Below are positions 63,421 through 64,000 of a stretch of DNA of 64,000 nucleotides, piece by piece (the first letter of the stretch is position 1; every line of letters starts with the position of its first letter). Origin of the DNA: Octopus bimaculoides. Lineage: Eukaryota. The position numbers and the translations under genes were made by a program. Location of the stretch: the NCBI RefSeq assembly GCF_001194135.2, contig NC_068982.1:105158774-105222773 (forward strand). The letters are read 5' to 3'. The notes under the pieces were generated by a model, which searched no databases, was not told the origin of the DNA, and saw nothing but the letters and a program-made list of their open reading frames with translations.

Positions 63421-64000
63421 TTTCCTTTCTTCGGCGTACGATAATCGCCGACCTTCGATGAGAAAGACAATCTCTTGGCAAAATATAAGTCTTTTTCCAG
63501 TGAAGTTATTCTCTGATATCGAAAAAGTGAAAACAAGCAATGTTAAATCTCTGAACGAGGTATTAACAGTAACTGCACGATAAAGTGAAGTATAGTTGCC
63601 ATTTAAATGTGGCTGACCCCTAAGGGTAGATGTTACTGTTGCTTTTAGCCCCAGGAGAACATCTCCTCCAGCTGGCTTATCGACACACATCTGTGTCCTG
63701 TCTATTTTTGCCAAGGGAAGTTATCCCTCCCATCTTGATCTGCGATACGTACGAACCCGAGTTTCAGGGTTATTTCCTTTCTTCGGCGTACGATAATCGC
63801 CGACCTTCGATGAGAAAGACAATCTCTTGGCAAAATATAAGTCTTTTTCCAGTGAAGTTATTCTCTGATATCGAAAAAGTGAAAACAAGCAATGTTAAAT
63901 CTCTGAACGAGGTATTAACAGTAACTGCACGATAAAGTGAAGTATAGTTGCCATTTAAATGTGGCTGACCCCTAAGGGTGGATGTTACTGTGGCTTTTAG
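63421..64000. repeat. 352-bp tandem repeat, at least 1.6 units, next to an assembly gap and the window end
   Basis: 63421 onward repeats at 63773 onward; I see only 2 substitutions over the 228-bp overlap. Confidence 0.93.
63742..63800 (-). ncRNA. Type I hammerhead ribozyme fold within the tandem unit (core variant CCGAAGA)
   Basis: GCGAU UAU CGUACG CCGAAGA A AGG AAAUAAC CCU GAAA C UCGG G UU^CGUACG U AUCGC. Confidence 0.65.

Noticed and set aside
63388-63935. About 100-aa ORFs on both strands in the tandem unit
   Set aside because: No recognisable domain (no GIY-YIG or RT motif); likely incidental.

Overview
Eukaryotic, AT-rich, repeat-dense animal DNA. The SINE/LINE families and microsatellite style look like an Octopus (coleoid cephalopod) assembly; this is inference and was not verified. 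One protein-coding gene spans almost the whole window on the minus strand: a six-domain multicopper ferroxidase of the ceruloplasmin/hephaestin family. I traced 12 coding exons (58104 down to the stop at 5257). All have GT-AG borders and compatible phases, giving about 996 codons. The first exon (signal peptide and start of domain 1) was not found and probably lies beyond 64000 or in a gap. The protein stops just after domain 6 with no transmembrane anchor, keeps all trinuclear Cu ligands, and has Thr in place of the axial Met at the domain-4 type-1 Cu site. The introns contain tRNA-derived SINEs, RTE, R4/Dong and CR1 LINE fragments, a full-length dead mariner, hAT/piggyBac/pogo MITEs and two solo LTRs. 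The most unusual signals are in the presumed first intron, on the gene's sense strand: a 352-bp tandem repeat carrying a type I hammerhead-ribozyme fold (retrozyme/Penelope-like), a tRNA-headed element with a minimal hammerhead in its tail, and a 118-bp near-perfect hairpin. Most ORFs in the supplied track are spurious (microsatellites, N-runs, repeats).
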